NCBI GenBank assembly: GCA_032718475.1
Contig: JAUCBJ010006444.1
Span: 1 to 64,000 of the forward strand
Reading direction: 5' to 3'
DNA: 64,000 nucleotides
DNA from: Nemertoderma westbladi
Lineage: Eukaryota; Animalia; Xenacoelomorpha
Within the stretch, counting starts at the first letter, position 1. Every line of letters begins with the position of its first letter. The position numbers and the translations under genes are program-made. A model generated the notes under the pieces. It was given only the letters and a program-made list of their open reading frames with translations. It had not been told where the DNA came from and made no database searches. Positions 25,151-38,688 of the stretch are shown piece after piece.

Positions 25151-26184
25151 GCACCATGCTGTCCACCAACGCGCTAAAGTCTTCGCGAACAAAGGTAAAC
25201 TTCCCAACGGTGTGTACGCTTCTGATCATCTTACCCCTCGACGATCAGCACTTCTACGCAAGACTCGCACTCAAGTACAATAACTTGATCTATGCTGCGT
25301 ATTCTCACTCAGGGTCGATTTATACAAGAAGTCTACAAGAAATACCTTTGATGCTCTCACTTCAGACTTAATTCGGTAGCTGCCATACTTTTGTGTTTTA
25401 CCCCTACCCCCCCCCCCCCCCCCCCCCCTCCGCAATCGCCCCATGCTTGAATCTTGCTACTTTTGTTACGCACCCTTTACACCTTTTGACACTTTCTTCT
25501 CATGTTTGTACTGTAAGAATAAATTTCACTTTCCGTGCGGCACCCATCTATCGGCACCTGGCTCCGGAGGTTGCACTTCTGCCAGTGACGTTTTTTGCAA
25601 CTTTTGCACTATTGAAATATTCCCTTTTCAAACCATAAATAACGACCATATTGATATTTTTGACCTTCACGAGCAAGAAACTGATCCACGTAGTGACAAT
25701 ATCAATGATGTATTAAACCGAACTTTTAACCAAATTGATCCGGATAATAACTTAATCGATCTAAACATAAATACCGGTAGCGGATTCGGAATCTCGGAAT
25801 TAGAATTTAATAAACAATTTCCAAACTCTAAATCATCCGCTTCACTTTCAATTCTTAACTTAAATTGCCGTAGTTTATCTAAAAAATTTTCATCGCTAAC
25901 AGATTTTCTTTCCATTATTAATTTTAAATTTGACATTGTTACTTTAACCGAAACATTTATTGCAGATAACGATTTTATTGGTTTTTATAAAAGTGCCGGT
26001 TATCATGATCCTTTTTTCGATAATAGAAAAGCTGGAACACTACATCGGTGAGGTACGGTAATTTTTGTAAACAATAAATTAACCGTGTCACCTAGGGATG
26101 AGTTCCACATGGATGGTCTTGAAAACTCTTGGGTTCAAATAGACCGGCCTAGGCAGACCGGCCTGTTGTTATTGGAACGATTTA

Positions 26185-26418
26185 CTCAGTTGGTTGAGCG
26201 CCGGGCCTGCAATCTATTGGTTGTAGGTTCAGCCCCACCAGGGTCCACTCAGCCTTTCATCCACTGGGGTCGATAAAATGAGTACCAGTTAAATAACTGG
26301 GAGCAAATCTTGGGATAGGAGTAGCGACCACCCCTACCCTCGGGTAGCAGCTATCGAAAGAGGAGCCTTCGGGTCGCCTCCGGCTTCGGCCGACTGTTTG
26401 CTTGCTTGCTTGCTTGCT
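26185..26418 (+). mobile_element. tRNA-derived SINE with conserved central domain and (TTGC)n tail
   Basis: Partial A-box TCAGTTGGTTGAGCG and B-box-like GGTTCAGCCCC. Central CTCAGCCTTTCATCC..GTCGATAAAATGAGTACCAG resembles a core recalled from widespread animal SINEs. Interrupts the CR1 frame after VIGTIY. Confidence 0.75.
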
Positions 26419-26685
26419 TCTCTAAATAAAGATAAATTTTTTGAAATACTGGATAATCAACTGACTAGATTGAACGCGCTCAAACTCGATGTGATAATTA
26501 CAGGTGACATGAATATAAATTTACTCCAATCTTCCAGCATAGCCGAGGAATACGTAGATCTCTTAAACTCTAATGGTTTTGTCCAACTAATTAAACAAGC
26601 TACTCGTATTATTCCTACTTACCAGTCTTTAATAGACCATACTATCACTAATATAGCGACTTCCTTTTCAAATTCTGGTGTGTTT

Positions 26686-28071
26686 AAACAAATAAGTTGG
26701 TGCCAGTTCCCAAGAAGGGCAACCTAACACTCTATGGTTCTTTTCGGGGAATCTCATTGATCTCGATTACTGCAAAGCTTTACAATAGGATTCTATTAAG
26801 TCGCATCAGGGATCCCATTGAGAGACTGCTCCGTGGAAATCAGAATGGGTTCCGTAAAGGTCGTGGGACCATGGAGCCCATTTTGGCACTTAGAAGGATA
26901 ATTGAAGAGTTATCAAAAAAGAAAGACAGGCATCTGGCTGTTATCTTTGTTGACTTCTTCAAGGCCTTTGATTCAGTCTCTCGCTCACGTATGTTCAGCA
27001 TACTTTCATTATATGGGATTCCTGATGAAATTATTGCAGCAATCAGATTAGTATACGATGGTTCGACAATTTGTGTCAGACATTTGTGTCTACTGTTGAC
27101 GGTGACACAGAACCATTTGAAGTGTTATGGGGCGTCCTCCAAGGAGACACACTTGCACCATTATTGTTCATTATTGTGGTTGACTATGTTCTACGCATGT
27201 CCTTAGATCATTATAATGATGATGAGGTGATGATAACTCCACCTACTGGCTCCAGAAGTCAAGGAAATCCTGCCAAGTACCAAACTGATCTAGATTTTGC
27301 TGATGACTTAGGAGTACTCTCAGAATCATTAGAGGGAGCCCAACGGCTCCTCAGCTCATTAGAACATGCTGCTTCTAGTGTTGGTCTTTTTATTAACTCC
27401 AGAAAGACCAAAATTCTGACAGTTAACTTTGAAAGTCCTCAGCAAGTCTCTGATCGGATGAGCATAAGCTCAAAGGATGGTATGCTTGAGCATGTGGACG
27501 AATACGTAAGGGAAAGGCATGGGCAGCCTTGAATAGGCTTTCCAGGATTTGGAAGTCACCGAGAATTAATCGGAAACTTAAGGTCCGATTATTTAGAGCA
27601 GCAGTAGTTCCAGTACTCCTCTACGGGAGTCCATGCTGGGCTCTAACTGCTGAGGACACCAAATCTCTGGATGGCACATTCACAAGAATGCTACGCCGGG
27701 TTCATTGTGTCAAGTACAATGCACACATCTCCAACCAGACACTATATAACATTGGAGGTGTCTCATTGGTTCCCCCAAGCTTGACACTAGAACAAAATCG
27801 CCTCCGCTTTGCAGGACATTGCTTTCGCCGTGAGGACCAGCCAGTGCATAATCTTGTACTTTGGCAGCCTCATGGAGTGAATAAGCATGGTGGACAGCCC
27901 ATGACTTACTTGAGACACATCTTAAAGGACACTGGCCTTAAAGATGCAGATGATCTAGCAAATGTCATGGGTGATAGGGAGTTGTGGCGGTGCAATTTTG
28001 TTGACAAGCCGGCACAGCATTCTTAAAAATGCAGCTGCAATGCAGCATGCCGATCCTAGTAGTAGTAGTAG
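26686..28071 (+). mobile_element. RTE-clade LINE, 5'-truncated, with RT (copy 4), flanked by a 79-bp TSD
   Basis: VPVPKKG, QNGFRKGR, FVDFFKAFDS, GVLQGDTLAPLLF and LDFADD motifs; (AGT)n tail; 26607-26685 repeated at 28072-28150. Confidence 0.92.
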
Positions 28072-28510
28072 TATTATTCCTACTTACCAGTCTTTAATAG
28101 ACCATACTATCACTTATATAGCGACTTCCTTTTCAAATTCTGGTGTGTTTTCCTCTAAAATAGGCACTTCTGATCATCAACCTACTTAGGTAATATTTGA
28201 AAAATATTCTTGTCACTTTAATCAAGCTAAAAATAATACAGTATATGACTTTTCAAATTTTAATGTAGATTCATTTAAACGTGATATCGAGTCGGACAGT
28301 AATTGGTCTTATAAGTCTTCACCGATTCGAGATAAAAATAAATTTGATACATTCTACAATGATTTTTCGAAAATTACAAACTCTCATGTTCCTAAAAAAA
28401 CAATCCCATCTCGCGAACTTCCAAGAAAACCGTGGCTTACACCCAAATTAATTAAATGGACTATAATTAAAAATAATTTATATCGTACATATATTAAACA
28501 TCCAAATGAC

Positions 28511-31500
28511 ATAAATCTTGAATCTTTTAAACTTTTTAGAAATAAACTACTTAATTTATTGCGTAAGACCGAAAAGGAATACTATTCGGCACAATTTGAA
28601 AAAAATTCTGGAAACATTAAAAAAACTTGGACAATAATTAACAGTGCACTTAATAGATCTAAAAATTCTTCGATCCCAAAAAAATTAATTACCGGCTCTG
28701 GTGATTCTATTAGAACAATTACTGATCCATCCGAAATCGCTAATACCTTAAATAATCACTTCTCTACAATAGGACCGAAATTAGCAGATAAAATACCCAA
28801 ATCTAACCGTTCTTATCTACGTCATATTTCACATTCTAATAACAATAGTTTTGGTCTTACCGAGAAGTAGAATACCGTCTATTACACCTACATCCTAAAT
28901 CCGCCTCTAATGATCCTTTTCCTACTAAGCTCCTAATCCTCGCAGCTAAACCGCTATCAATACACTTAAGTAGCTGGTCTCTCGGGAGTAGGGAGTCTAG
29001 TTCTACCGAAATCCTGTGTCCCTTGAGGTCCCCTACCCCGTGCATGGACTTTAACTCTATTTGGATCTCCTCGGCGTCCTGGAAGCTGGAAACCGCTCTC
29101 GCCACTTCCTCGTCGATATAAGATAATGTGGACGCAGTGTCCAACATCACATATTCTCTTTGATCCCTTATCTCCAGTAAGTTTCACCGGAATCACGCTG
29201 AATATCTCCGATGTGGCCGATGATAAATACGTGCGCGCGCTGGTCGATGAACTATCCGCGGTGAAACCTTGGCAGGTCACCTCTCTTGCGCTTGCCTCGC
29301 TATCCTCATCCGACAAACCTGGTTGATAACCATCGTCCTGAATGCCGGTGTACGTATTTCTTCTTATCGATATGGGGTCTCTGCTCCCCTTCCTTTGAGG
29401 ATTTCTCTGTAAGTAACGGTCCGTTGGGGTATGGAAATCCGCATGTAGCAACTTGTGATGTAGTCTGCCGCATTCCATGCATCCGTCCTTGCTGTTCGGG
29501 CACTGCCGCATACATGACCTGGCGCAAGACATGCCCAACAGGTGTCCAACGTCCGCACTTGAAGTCTTCTCTGTTCCGAAGTTAATTCTTTGAACCGTCT
29601 GCAACTATCTAACTTATGGTCGTCAGATCTTACCTCCTTTAGTAAGCAGAATTGGCAACCTACGAATCCATCCGGCAACTCCTGTTGCTTTAACTTAGGT
29701 CTATCTGACCGCTCACCTGACCATACTCGCGAGTCTGATCTAAAGGCAGGGGTACTCGAATTATATCTGTCTACTGAGTTAAAAGTCACAGTGGTCCTGT
29801 CATTATCAAAACTTACCATTGACTTATCGGTAACAGGTTTAGACTCCCTCATATTCTCCTCTGAGAAGTTTGATTTCATCTCTGCTACCGCATCTGTGGC
29901 ATCATGTCATGGATATGTTGAAGTGTCAATACTTTACCTTGACCCTCCAACTTATTCTCTAATTTGCGCCATTTCTGTCGGTAACGCATGTTTAAACGTC
30001 TTATTATGCTCTTCAAAACTTCGGCATGATCACCATAATGAGGTAGATTCACCGTCCTCAAGATATCTAATGCGTTCGAAATAGCGTTCGCTAAGTTCAA
30101 CAGCTCTAACGGAGTTGTAATCCTTCCACCCTTCCCTTACCCAAGTCTTCCACTATCGACTGTGCCATCTTGGTTTTATTCCCGTAGATGTCGCTAAGCG
30201 TCTTCATTGCTAACTCAAATGCTCTTTCATTGCCGACTAAGTTGTCAGCAATGGCTCTAGGTTCTCGATGGAGCATCTGAAGCAGATAGTTGAACTTCTC
30301 GTTGGGAGTAAAGGTGCTGTTGGTCAGCTGTTCGTCGACATAGGTTTTGAACGTCCTCCAATGTCTATGGTTGCCCATAAACTTTTGGGGTTGTTGCGTC
30401 GGCAGTCCTTGCCTAGCGGCAAACTTACCTATGTCTCTAAGGGTTGCATCGTTCCGGGTTAACAAATGGTTTAGTTCTGCAGGATTATTAAGTCTGGTCC
30501 TTTCCCGGGGATTCAAACTTACCTGCTCCGCGTCGGTCCTTCTTTCCTTATAGTTTCGGGACTTCTGACCTCTCATGTCTTCCTCTTCATCGCTTGAGTC
30601 TGTGTCAGTTCTCAGCGCTCGCGTTGGTTTGCGCGCTGAAGCCCTGACCCAAGCATCCTGTATAAACTTTTCGGCCGAGTTTTCGAAATCGGGATTATGA
30701 ATCGTAGGGACAGGCATTCTTACCTGAGGTCTATGTGGTATAGTTGCCTCCGATATGCGTACTCGTTGACCAGGTTGGACTTTATCTAACTCAGGCCTGC
30801 TAGGATTAGAATTACTTCTTACCTGGGCTGCTTCCTTTAACTGTAGGTTGCTAAGCATGTCCGTTATAGGTTGGATGTGCGGCGACATAGCTTGCGCTAA
30901 ACTAGCACTTAACTCATCCCTCGTAATAAATTCCTGGCTAGGGTTCTGTTGTATAGTCGGCTCTATCTGAGTAATACGCTGTCTCTCATATGATCCCTCT
31001 TCCGGTTTAACTCGGAAGTTCTCCGTCGAACTGGGTCGGCACTCCGTCCGCGTATTCCAAACCTGCGGGTTCGGTTCGCCCAATACTCGGCCCGTCGGAG
31101 TTTCTCCCCTAAACTCTATAAATCTTGAATCTTTTAAACTTTTTAGAAATAAACTACTTAATTTATTGCGTAAGACCGAAAAGGAATACTATTCGGCACA
31201 ATTTGAAAAAAATTCTGGAAACATTAAAAAAACTTGGACAATAATTAACAGTGCACTTAATAGATCTAAAAATTCCTCGATCCCAAAAAAATTAATTACC
31301 GGCTCTGGTGATTCTATTAGAACAATTACTGATCCATCCGAAATCGCTAATACCTTAAATAATCACTTCTCTACAATAGGACCGAAATTAGCAGATAAAA
31401 TACCCAAATCTAACCGTTCTTATCTACGTCATATTTCACATTCTAATAACAATAGTTTTGGTCTTACCGAGAAGTAGAATACCGTCTATTACACCTACAT

Positions 31501-33720
31501 CCTAAATCCGCCTCTAATGATCCTTTTCCTACTAAGCTCCTAATCCTCGCAGCTAAACCGCTATCAATACACTTAAGTAGCTGGTCTCTCGGGAGTAGGG
31601 AGTCTAGTTCTACCGAAATCCTGTGTCCCTTGAGGTCCCCTACCCCGTGCATGGACTTTAACTCTATTTGGATCTCCTCGGCGTCCTGGAAGCTGGAAAC
31701 CGCTCTCGCCACTTCCTCGTCGATATAAGATAATGTGGACGCAGTGTCCAACATCACATATTCTCTTTGATCCCTTATCTCCAGTAAGATTCACCGGAAT
31801 CACGCTGAATATCTCCGATGTGGCCGATGATAAATACGTGCGCGCGCTGGTCGATGAACTATCCGCGGTGAAACCTTGGCAGGTCACCTCTCTTGCGCTT
31901 GCCTCGCTATCCTCATCCAACAAACCTGGTTGATAACCATCGTCCTGAATGCCGGTGTACGTATTTCTTCTTATCGATATGGGGTCTCTGCTCCCCTTCC
32001 TTTGAGGATTTCTCTGTAAGTAACGGTCCGTTGGGGTATGGAAATCCGCATGTAGCAACTTGTGATGTAGTCTGCCGCATTCCATGCATCCGTCGTTGCT
32101 GTTCGGGCACTGCCGCATACATGACCTGGCGCAAGACATGCCCAACAGGTGTCCAACGTCCGCACTTGAAGTCTTCTCTGTTCCGAAGTTAATTCTTTGA
32201 ACCGACTGCAACTATCTAACTTATGGTCGTCAGATCTTACCTCCTTTAGTAAGCAGAATTGGCAACCTACGAATCCATCCGGCAACTCCTGTTGCTTTAA
32301 CTTAGGTCTATCTGACCGCTCACCTGACCATACTCGCGAGTCTGATCTAAAGGCAGGGGTACTCGAATTATATCTGTCTACTGAGTTAAAAGTCACAGTG
32401 GTCCTGTCATTATCAAAACTTACCATTGACTTATCGGTAACAGGTTTAGACCCCCTCATATTCTCCTCTGAGAAGTTTGATTTCATCTCTGCTACCGCAT
32501 CTGTGGCTATCATGTCATGGATATGTTGAAGTGTCAATACTTTACCTTGACCCTCCAACTTATTCTCTAATTTGCGCCATTTCTGTCGGTAACGCATGTT
32601 TAAACGTCTTATTATGCTCTTCAAAACTTCGGCGTGATCACCATGATGAGGTAGATTCACCGTCCTCAAGATATCTAATGCGTTCGAAATAGCGTTCGCT
32701 AAGTTCAACAGCTCTAACGGAGTTGTAATCCTTCCGCCCTTACCCAAGTCTTCCACTATCGACTGTGCCATCTTGGTTTTATTCCCGTAGATGTCGCTAA
32801 GCGTCTTCATTGCTAACTCAAATGCTCTTTCATTGCCAACGAAGTTGTCAGCAATGGCTCTAGGTTCTCGATGGAGCATCTGAAGCAGATAGTTGAACTT
32901 CTCGTTGGGAGTAAAGGTGCTGTTGGTCAGCTGTTCGTCGACATAGGTTTTGAATGTCCTCCAATGTCTATGGTTGCCCATAAACTTTTGGGGTTGTTGC
33001 GTCGGCAGTCCTTGCCTAGCGGCAAACTTACCTATGTCTCTAAGGGTTGCATCGTTCCGGGTTAACAAATGGTTTAGTTCTGCAGGATTATTAAGTCTGG
33101 TCCTTTCCCGGGGATTCAAACTTACCTGCTCCGCGTCGGTCCTTCTTTCCTTATAGTTTCGGGACTTCTGACGTCTCATGTCTTCCTCTTCATCGCTTGA
33201 GTCTGTGTCAGTTCTCAGCGCTCGCGTTGGTTTGCGCGCTGCAGCCCTGACCCAAGCATCCTGTATAAACTTTTCGGCCGAGTTTTCGAAATCGGGATTA
33301 TGAATCGTAGGGACAGGCATTCTTACCTGAGGTCTATGTGGTATAGTTGCCTCCGATATGCGTACTCGTTGACCAGGTTGGACTTTATCTAACTCAGGCC
33401 TGGTAGGATTAGAATTACTTCTTACCTGGGCTGCTTCCTTTAACTGTAGGTTGCTAAGCATGTCCGTTATAGGTTGGATGTGCGGCGACATAGCTTGCGC
33501 TAAACTAGCACTTAACTCATCCCTCGTAATAAATTCCTGGCTAGGGTTCTGTTGTATAGTCGGCTCTATCTGAGTAATACGCTGTCTCTCATATGATCCC
33601 TCTTCCGGTTTAACTCGGAAGTTCTCCGTCGAACTGGGTCGGCACTCCGTCCGCGTATTCCAAACCTGCGGGTTCGGTTCGCCCAATACTCGGCCCGTCG
33701 GAGTTTCTCCTCTAAACTCT
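28511..33720. repeat. ~2.6-kb tandem duplication spanning the CR1/BEL junction
   Basis: 28511-31117 is nearly identical to 31118-33720, with scattered SNPs and small indels. Confidence 0.95.
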
Positions 33721-35522
33721 TCTTCCTCTTGTTCGGTATGTAGTGGTGTGGTGACCTGATGACGCGGATCCTGCGCGATGGGTGAAGCACTAATACCGAC
33801 TGGCGTGCGATATGTAGAGAACGGTTTAGCGATCCGAGTACTCGTAATAGCTGGACCGGGTATAGGAATTCTGGTCATCGTCGACTCGCGTATAGTCGGA
33901 GTTTTCGCCTCCTGTTCAGCCTTCTGCAGTGCGAACAGTTCTCGCAACTCAGTACCTACACTCGCCCCACATTCTTCGATCATTCACATCCCCTTCTCGG
34001 CGATTTCATTCGCCTTCCTGGTCTGTTCTTCGCTCTCTAAATTTAGTCTCGCACTTTCCAACTGTGCCAGTTTACGTTGTTCTTCTTCCCTCGCTCGTCT
34101 CGCTGCGCTCTCTTCTTCCACGCGCGCCTTCTCTTCATACAATGCGCGTCGCTCCCTCTCGCGCTGAAGTTCGCGCTCCTTGCGCTCACGTTCGAGTTGG
34201 AGTTTGCGTCTTCGTTGTTCGCGTTCCTTGGCTTCCCGTTCGCATTCGCACTCGAGTTGGAGTTCGCGTTCTTCGCGTTCGCGTTCGAGTTGGAGTTCTT
34301 CGCGTTCGAGTTGGAGTTCTTCGTGTTCGAGTTGGAGTTCGCGTTCTTCCTGTTCGCGTTCGGCTTGCTCACGCTTACTTATGTCTTCAAACTCTCGCAA
34401 CTTCGCGTCTAACTTCCGTGTGCGCTCCCGTTCCCATTAGGCTTCCTTCCGTGCTTCCGATGCACGCAAAACTTCCGCCTGCTGTTCGTCCAGTCGGCGT
34501 CTTCTCTCTTCCGCCGAGTTGTGAGAAACGAGGGATCTAGCGCATTTAACTTTACCTCGCGCGTGACTAACCTGGGAATCGCCACTGTCTCTAGATGCGT
34601 CGTCGGGTGGAGTTAACGTCCTCTGTTGGATGTTCTCTGTCGTCGGCAGCACCTGACCTGGTACCACCACTCCACTCTGCATCAGCCAGCTGGTAACTTC
34701 CCTTTGATACCGGCGCTCTTCCTTATCTTGCGTCTCTTCCCGCTCCACTAAGTTTCTCGACTCTGCGTCACTCACCTGAGTCGCCTGCGCTTGTGATGCC
34801 CATAGCAACCAGTTCTCCGTCCTAACTCGTCGAAATCGCTCCGATAACGTGCGGTGCTCTAACAAAGCCGCTAAAGCCCTGTCGTAAACCCTCGTCGCCA
34901 CGTCGCTCGAGTGAGACTCCACTGCTCTCTTCGCTACGACTGCAAGCACCTCCGTCTGTTTGAATAACGCTGAGTTGTATCCCTTTCTAATCTCTACTAA
35001 CCCTTCCCTTCTGATGTTACCTGAGTCGGCTAGCATCTTTCTTACCTTATCCGCCGTCTGAGTTATATGTCCGGCATGCGCGCGAAGTTTCTTCTTTATC
35101 GCTATGTCTAGTTCTCTCTCGCTTACCTGACTCACACTCGGTGGACTTGAAGGATTATTTCGGGAACTACGGGTACTCCTTATAGCCACTGGGACCACGG
35201 CACTTACCATACCCACAGGTCTGGAAACCGGGCTCCGGGCTCTCGCTTCTGCTACACTACTCTCCCTATCACTCACCTTTGGCCGGGCTGTTGTACAATC
35301 CTTCCTTACAGTAGTGGTAGGGGATCCTAATACTATTACTTGAGGTCCTTGTTCTTCCTCACTAGTTACTGTCTCGTCCTCCTGTTCACTTACGTCAGCG
35401 TCGCTCGCTGCGTCATCATAGTCGGCATTGTCGTCAACAGTTATATTGACTCTATCGTCAGTCGGCGGTCCAGCCGCCGTCTCATAGCAGTCATCTAGTG
35501 CCTCTTTCTCTGAGACACTCAT
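31468..35522 (-). pseudogene. gag: BEL/Pao gag-protease
   Basis: Coiled coil (ERELQL)n; capsid-region KFMGNHRHWRTFK..EKFNYLLQML; three Cys/His knuckles CQFC..H.LDSC, CWACLAPGHVC and CMECGRLHHKLLH; protease-like MLDTASTLSYI. Stops at ~34437 and ~33984 plus frameshifts. Confidence 0.88.
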
Positions 35523-38384
35523 AGTCTAAGTAATATTTTGCCTTACGGCTAAAATCTCGCAAAAATTTGAGATATATATATAATTTAATCGAAAATACGG
35601 TTAAATTATTTGTCAAATAGTTAGTTGGTCCCAAAATGTCAAATAAATTCACAATACAATATTGTGAATTTAATAGGATATAGTTATAGCAAATACCAGT
35701 ATAATATTTAAACAAAAATATTATTCTATAGCTATTATTATATAGCATTTAAATACCGGTATGACACAAAATAATTTCTGAATCTAATTCAAAATATTCA
35801 AAAATGAACTTGCTACCCAAATATTTCTAAATTTACATATATAGCTCTAATCGACGTAATTTTAATTTCAAATATTATATGTATCCACTAACGCGTGGCT
35901 ACACCTTCGGGTTGCGACACTCTCTCTCTCTCTCTCTAACTTGAGCGATTCAAAAAACCATGGCCAGCTAAACCTAACTATCCTAACTAATAAATTGAGT
36001 TCAGCTTCGCAGTTAAACAACCGGTAATTTTTTACTGCTTCCACAAATACAATGGTGCCAACAGAACAACTAACCTTGTTTGCTGTGAGATTCCACGTCC
36101 GCGTCCAAAGTTTCAGGCTCTTCGCTGATTGCAAACCGATCCCGCAGACCCACACGAACCCCAAACTCAGAAGCTCTGTCTCGCCATGTATCTCCAGATG
36201 GTATAAAACAACTAAGCGGTTATCTAACATACCGGTACAAAACTCTAGATTTTATTACAAAATAATTTTGACCAAAACTGAATTCTCACAAACCTAGCTA
36301 AAATTTTCAAAAAACTTACTAATTACAGCTTGCCCTAACGGCCTAATGAACTGCTGTATTTGCGATTAGTAAACGCACTAACGTACATCCACTGTACGCA
36401 GTACGGTAAGTAAAATAGTACACTAACCTAACAGCCTAATGAATACTGTATGTGGTACAGCAAAACAAATATCTTTTCTACCGTACGCAGTAACAGCAAA
36501 TCAGCCTAATGCACTACTGTACTACTGTATTGCAACTAATGAATACCGTACTCTAGCTTAACAGCCTAAAAGAATACACTCTATGTCTTACTGTACGCAG
36601 TAGGCCCACAGCAAAACAAATAACGTACTTCACTGTTAAACTAGCGGGTACCCTGTACTAACTGCAGAACTGTTGAAGACATACAAAGACGTGCCCTACT
36701 GTTAAACAGGGGTGATCAGGAGTCAGGATCAGGAGGGTGCTATTACTATTATAGGGCTGCTAAATACAAAACCGCTACTTACCGTTGGATGGCGCTAACC
36801 TGCCGTCCGCTAATATATTTTACTAATTTTCTACAGCTCCTGCAAATCGCTCCGCTATGCTGCGTACAAATTCTTAATTTTACTAATTAATTACAGTCAC
36901 AAGTACTAATTACTAAGTGTTCCAGAATGCGTAATTCTATTTTATTACACAACGGGTTGCACTAGTAACAGCCTAAATACTATATTATTTTCGACCTAAT
37001 CAGTAATTATTTATCGTAAACTAAGAAATAGAAATCAATCAAAGGAAAAAGGGCGCCTATCTAAGCATTCATGATTTATTAGGCACACTTTAGTAATACA
37101 CCAATCAGCGTAACAATCAATAATTAATACTTACCAATTATAGTTCCTAATATACAATTCACAATCAGCAGTCAGTAATTCACAACTCGCAATCTACAGT
37201 TCACAACTAGTTTGCGACGCAGTATACAATGCAGTTCGCAATGCGGTTTGCGACGCAGTATACAATGCAGTTCGCAATGCAGTGCAGTTCGCAATGTGAA
37301 GTACGAAGGCCTCTCCCGGGTACGTCTAGGCTTCCTAACTATCCCGATTCCTGCCCCCCTAATACTACAAAATAGAGACAAAATCTGGATCATCAGCCCC
37401 CTAATTACTGTACCAGCGAGCTGTCTTCACTCCACACCGCTAACTTCCCGACCGCAACGGTGACCCCCCGCCAGCGTTGCTTGCCTTTGAATCCTCCGCA
37501 CTCCCTTCATCGCTAACCCCCCGATGCGCCCGCCGCGCCTACCGGTACCTCAGCCCTCCATCTAATGGGTAGCTACCGTAACGGGGCACGCAATCACAAA
37601 GTCTGACAGTCTAAGAAAATCCCGTGGGATTATTGCATCGAAAGGAATTACATAGAACCATTTACTAAAGGGTAGAAATCATAGTTCCGATTGTAATTAG
37701 CAGTAATCATTGAGATTGAATTGAGAAACACACCAAGAAATCAGTCGAAATTACAAATTAGCGAATTATTGCAAGAAATAAATTGAAAAAGGCAGAAAAT
37801 ACGCAAAGTACAGTCGTGACAGTACAGGAATTACAATGATTACTGTTAGGATTACAAAGCACATACCGGAAATACCGCCAATTTATAGGTGATTCATGAG
37901 GGATGATGCAATCGTTCTCTGATTGGCTCCCCAATCCGCACTACCATTAGACCAACCTGGAAGCAGTTAGGCCAATAAGGAAGCCGGATTGTGAACCTAT
38001 CACTCCCCGAAATCATAAATCGTTACCATATATGGTAATTTTGGCGATGCTTAATTTAGCGGTACTAATAATATGATACATAGAAATTAATTTAGCGCAA
38101 TTATAAAGAAAATTAAAACCAATGCACAGCTAGTCCTATTGAGGCTAATAACAGCAAGCTTATATCCAGGGTTTCATAGGAAACTTGCTACCCTGGAACT
38201 ATTTACTTATATTTTATTACAAAATTACCTAGGTAGGACTACATACTGTATAAAATGGATAAATTCAAATATATGGGCGTTTTATTTTCCTTATCTAAAT
38301 ATCGTTGCGCATCTTTATGGCTTATCTAAATAATTATACTGTATAACGGGCTAATATTGGTACACAGCGCCATATATCGTAACA
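31468..38384 (-). mobile_element. Second BEL/Pao retrotransposon, 3'-truncated (putative 5' LTR, ~2-kb leader, gag, start of protease)
   Basis: Minus strand starts TGTTACG at 38384, with a PBS-like TGCGTGCCCCGTTACGG near 37575-37593. LTR limits are tentative. Confidence 0.75.
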
Positions 38385-38415
38385 ACTAGACTAAACTAAA
38401 CATAAATTAGGAAAA

Positions 38416-38640
38416 ACATATGGTCACAGGTTTGAACCCTATTCACGGAAAATATAAAAAGTAAACACAAAATAGGATAAACAGATGGTCACAGGTTCGA
38501 TCCCTACACGCGACCAATATAAAACCAATACAAAGTAAGTTAAACCAGGGGTTCTACTCCTACTTATGAAAATATAAAAAGTAGGTTACACAGATGGTGA
38601 CGGATTCAAACTCTACTCATGGAAAATATAAAAACCAACA
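38416..38640 (+). promoter_or_regulatory. Four degenerate ~55-65-bp repeats, each with a Pol III B-box-like motif followed by TATAAAA
   Basis: GGTTTGAACCC, GGTTCGATCCC, GGTTCTACTCC and GATTCAAACTC, each followed 13-14 nt later by TATAAAA. Function is inferred only. Confidence 0.45.
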
Positions 38641-38688
38641 CAGAGTAAATAATATAGTAAACATTGTTGTATACACATGCTAAGTAAA

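Larger units (their letters stand above)
25151..28860 (+). mobile_element. CR1/L2-group LINE remnant (ORF1 end, PHD-like finger, APE endonuclease), interrupted by a SINE and an RTE and truncated before RT
   Basis: VYASDHLTPRRSALLRKTR (ORF1-like); Cys-rich finger; LNLNCRSL..FDIVTLTETF, ITGDMNINLL, SLIDH and SDHQP; KKTWTIINSAL..IANTLNNHFSTIGPKLA. Confidence 0.8.

Noticed and set aside
33778-34540. Several overlapping low-complexity ORFs
   Set aside because: Alternative-frame and antisense readings of the gag coiled-coil repeat.
4114-35522. The pol-only and gag-only BEL pieces as halves of one rearranged element
   Set aside because: Both include the protease region and the sequences differ strongly (FLDNGSDGTII versus MLDTASTLSYI).
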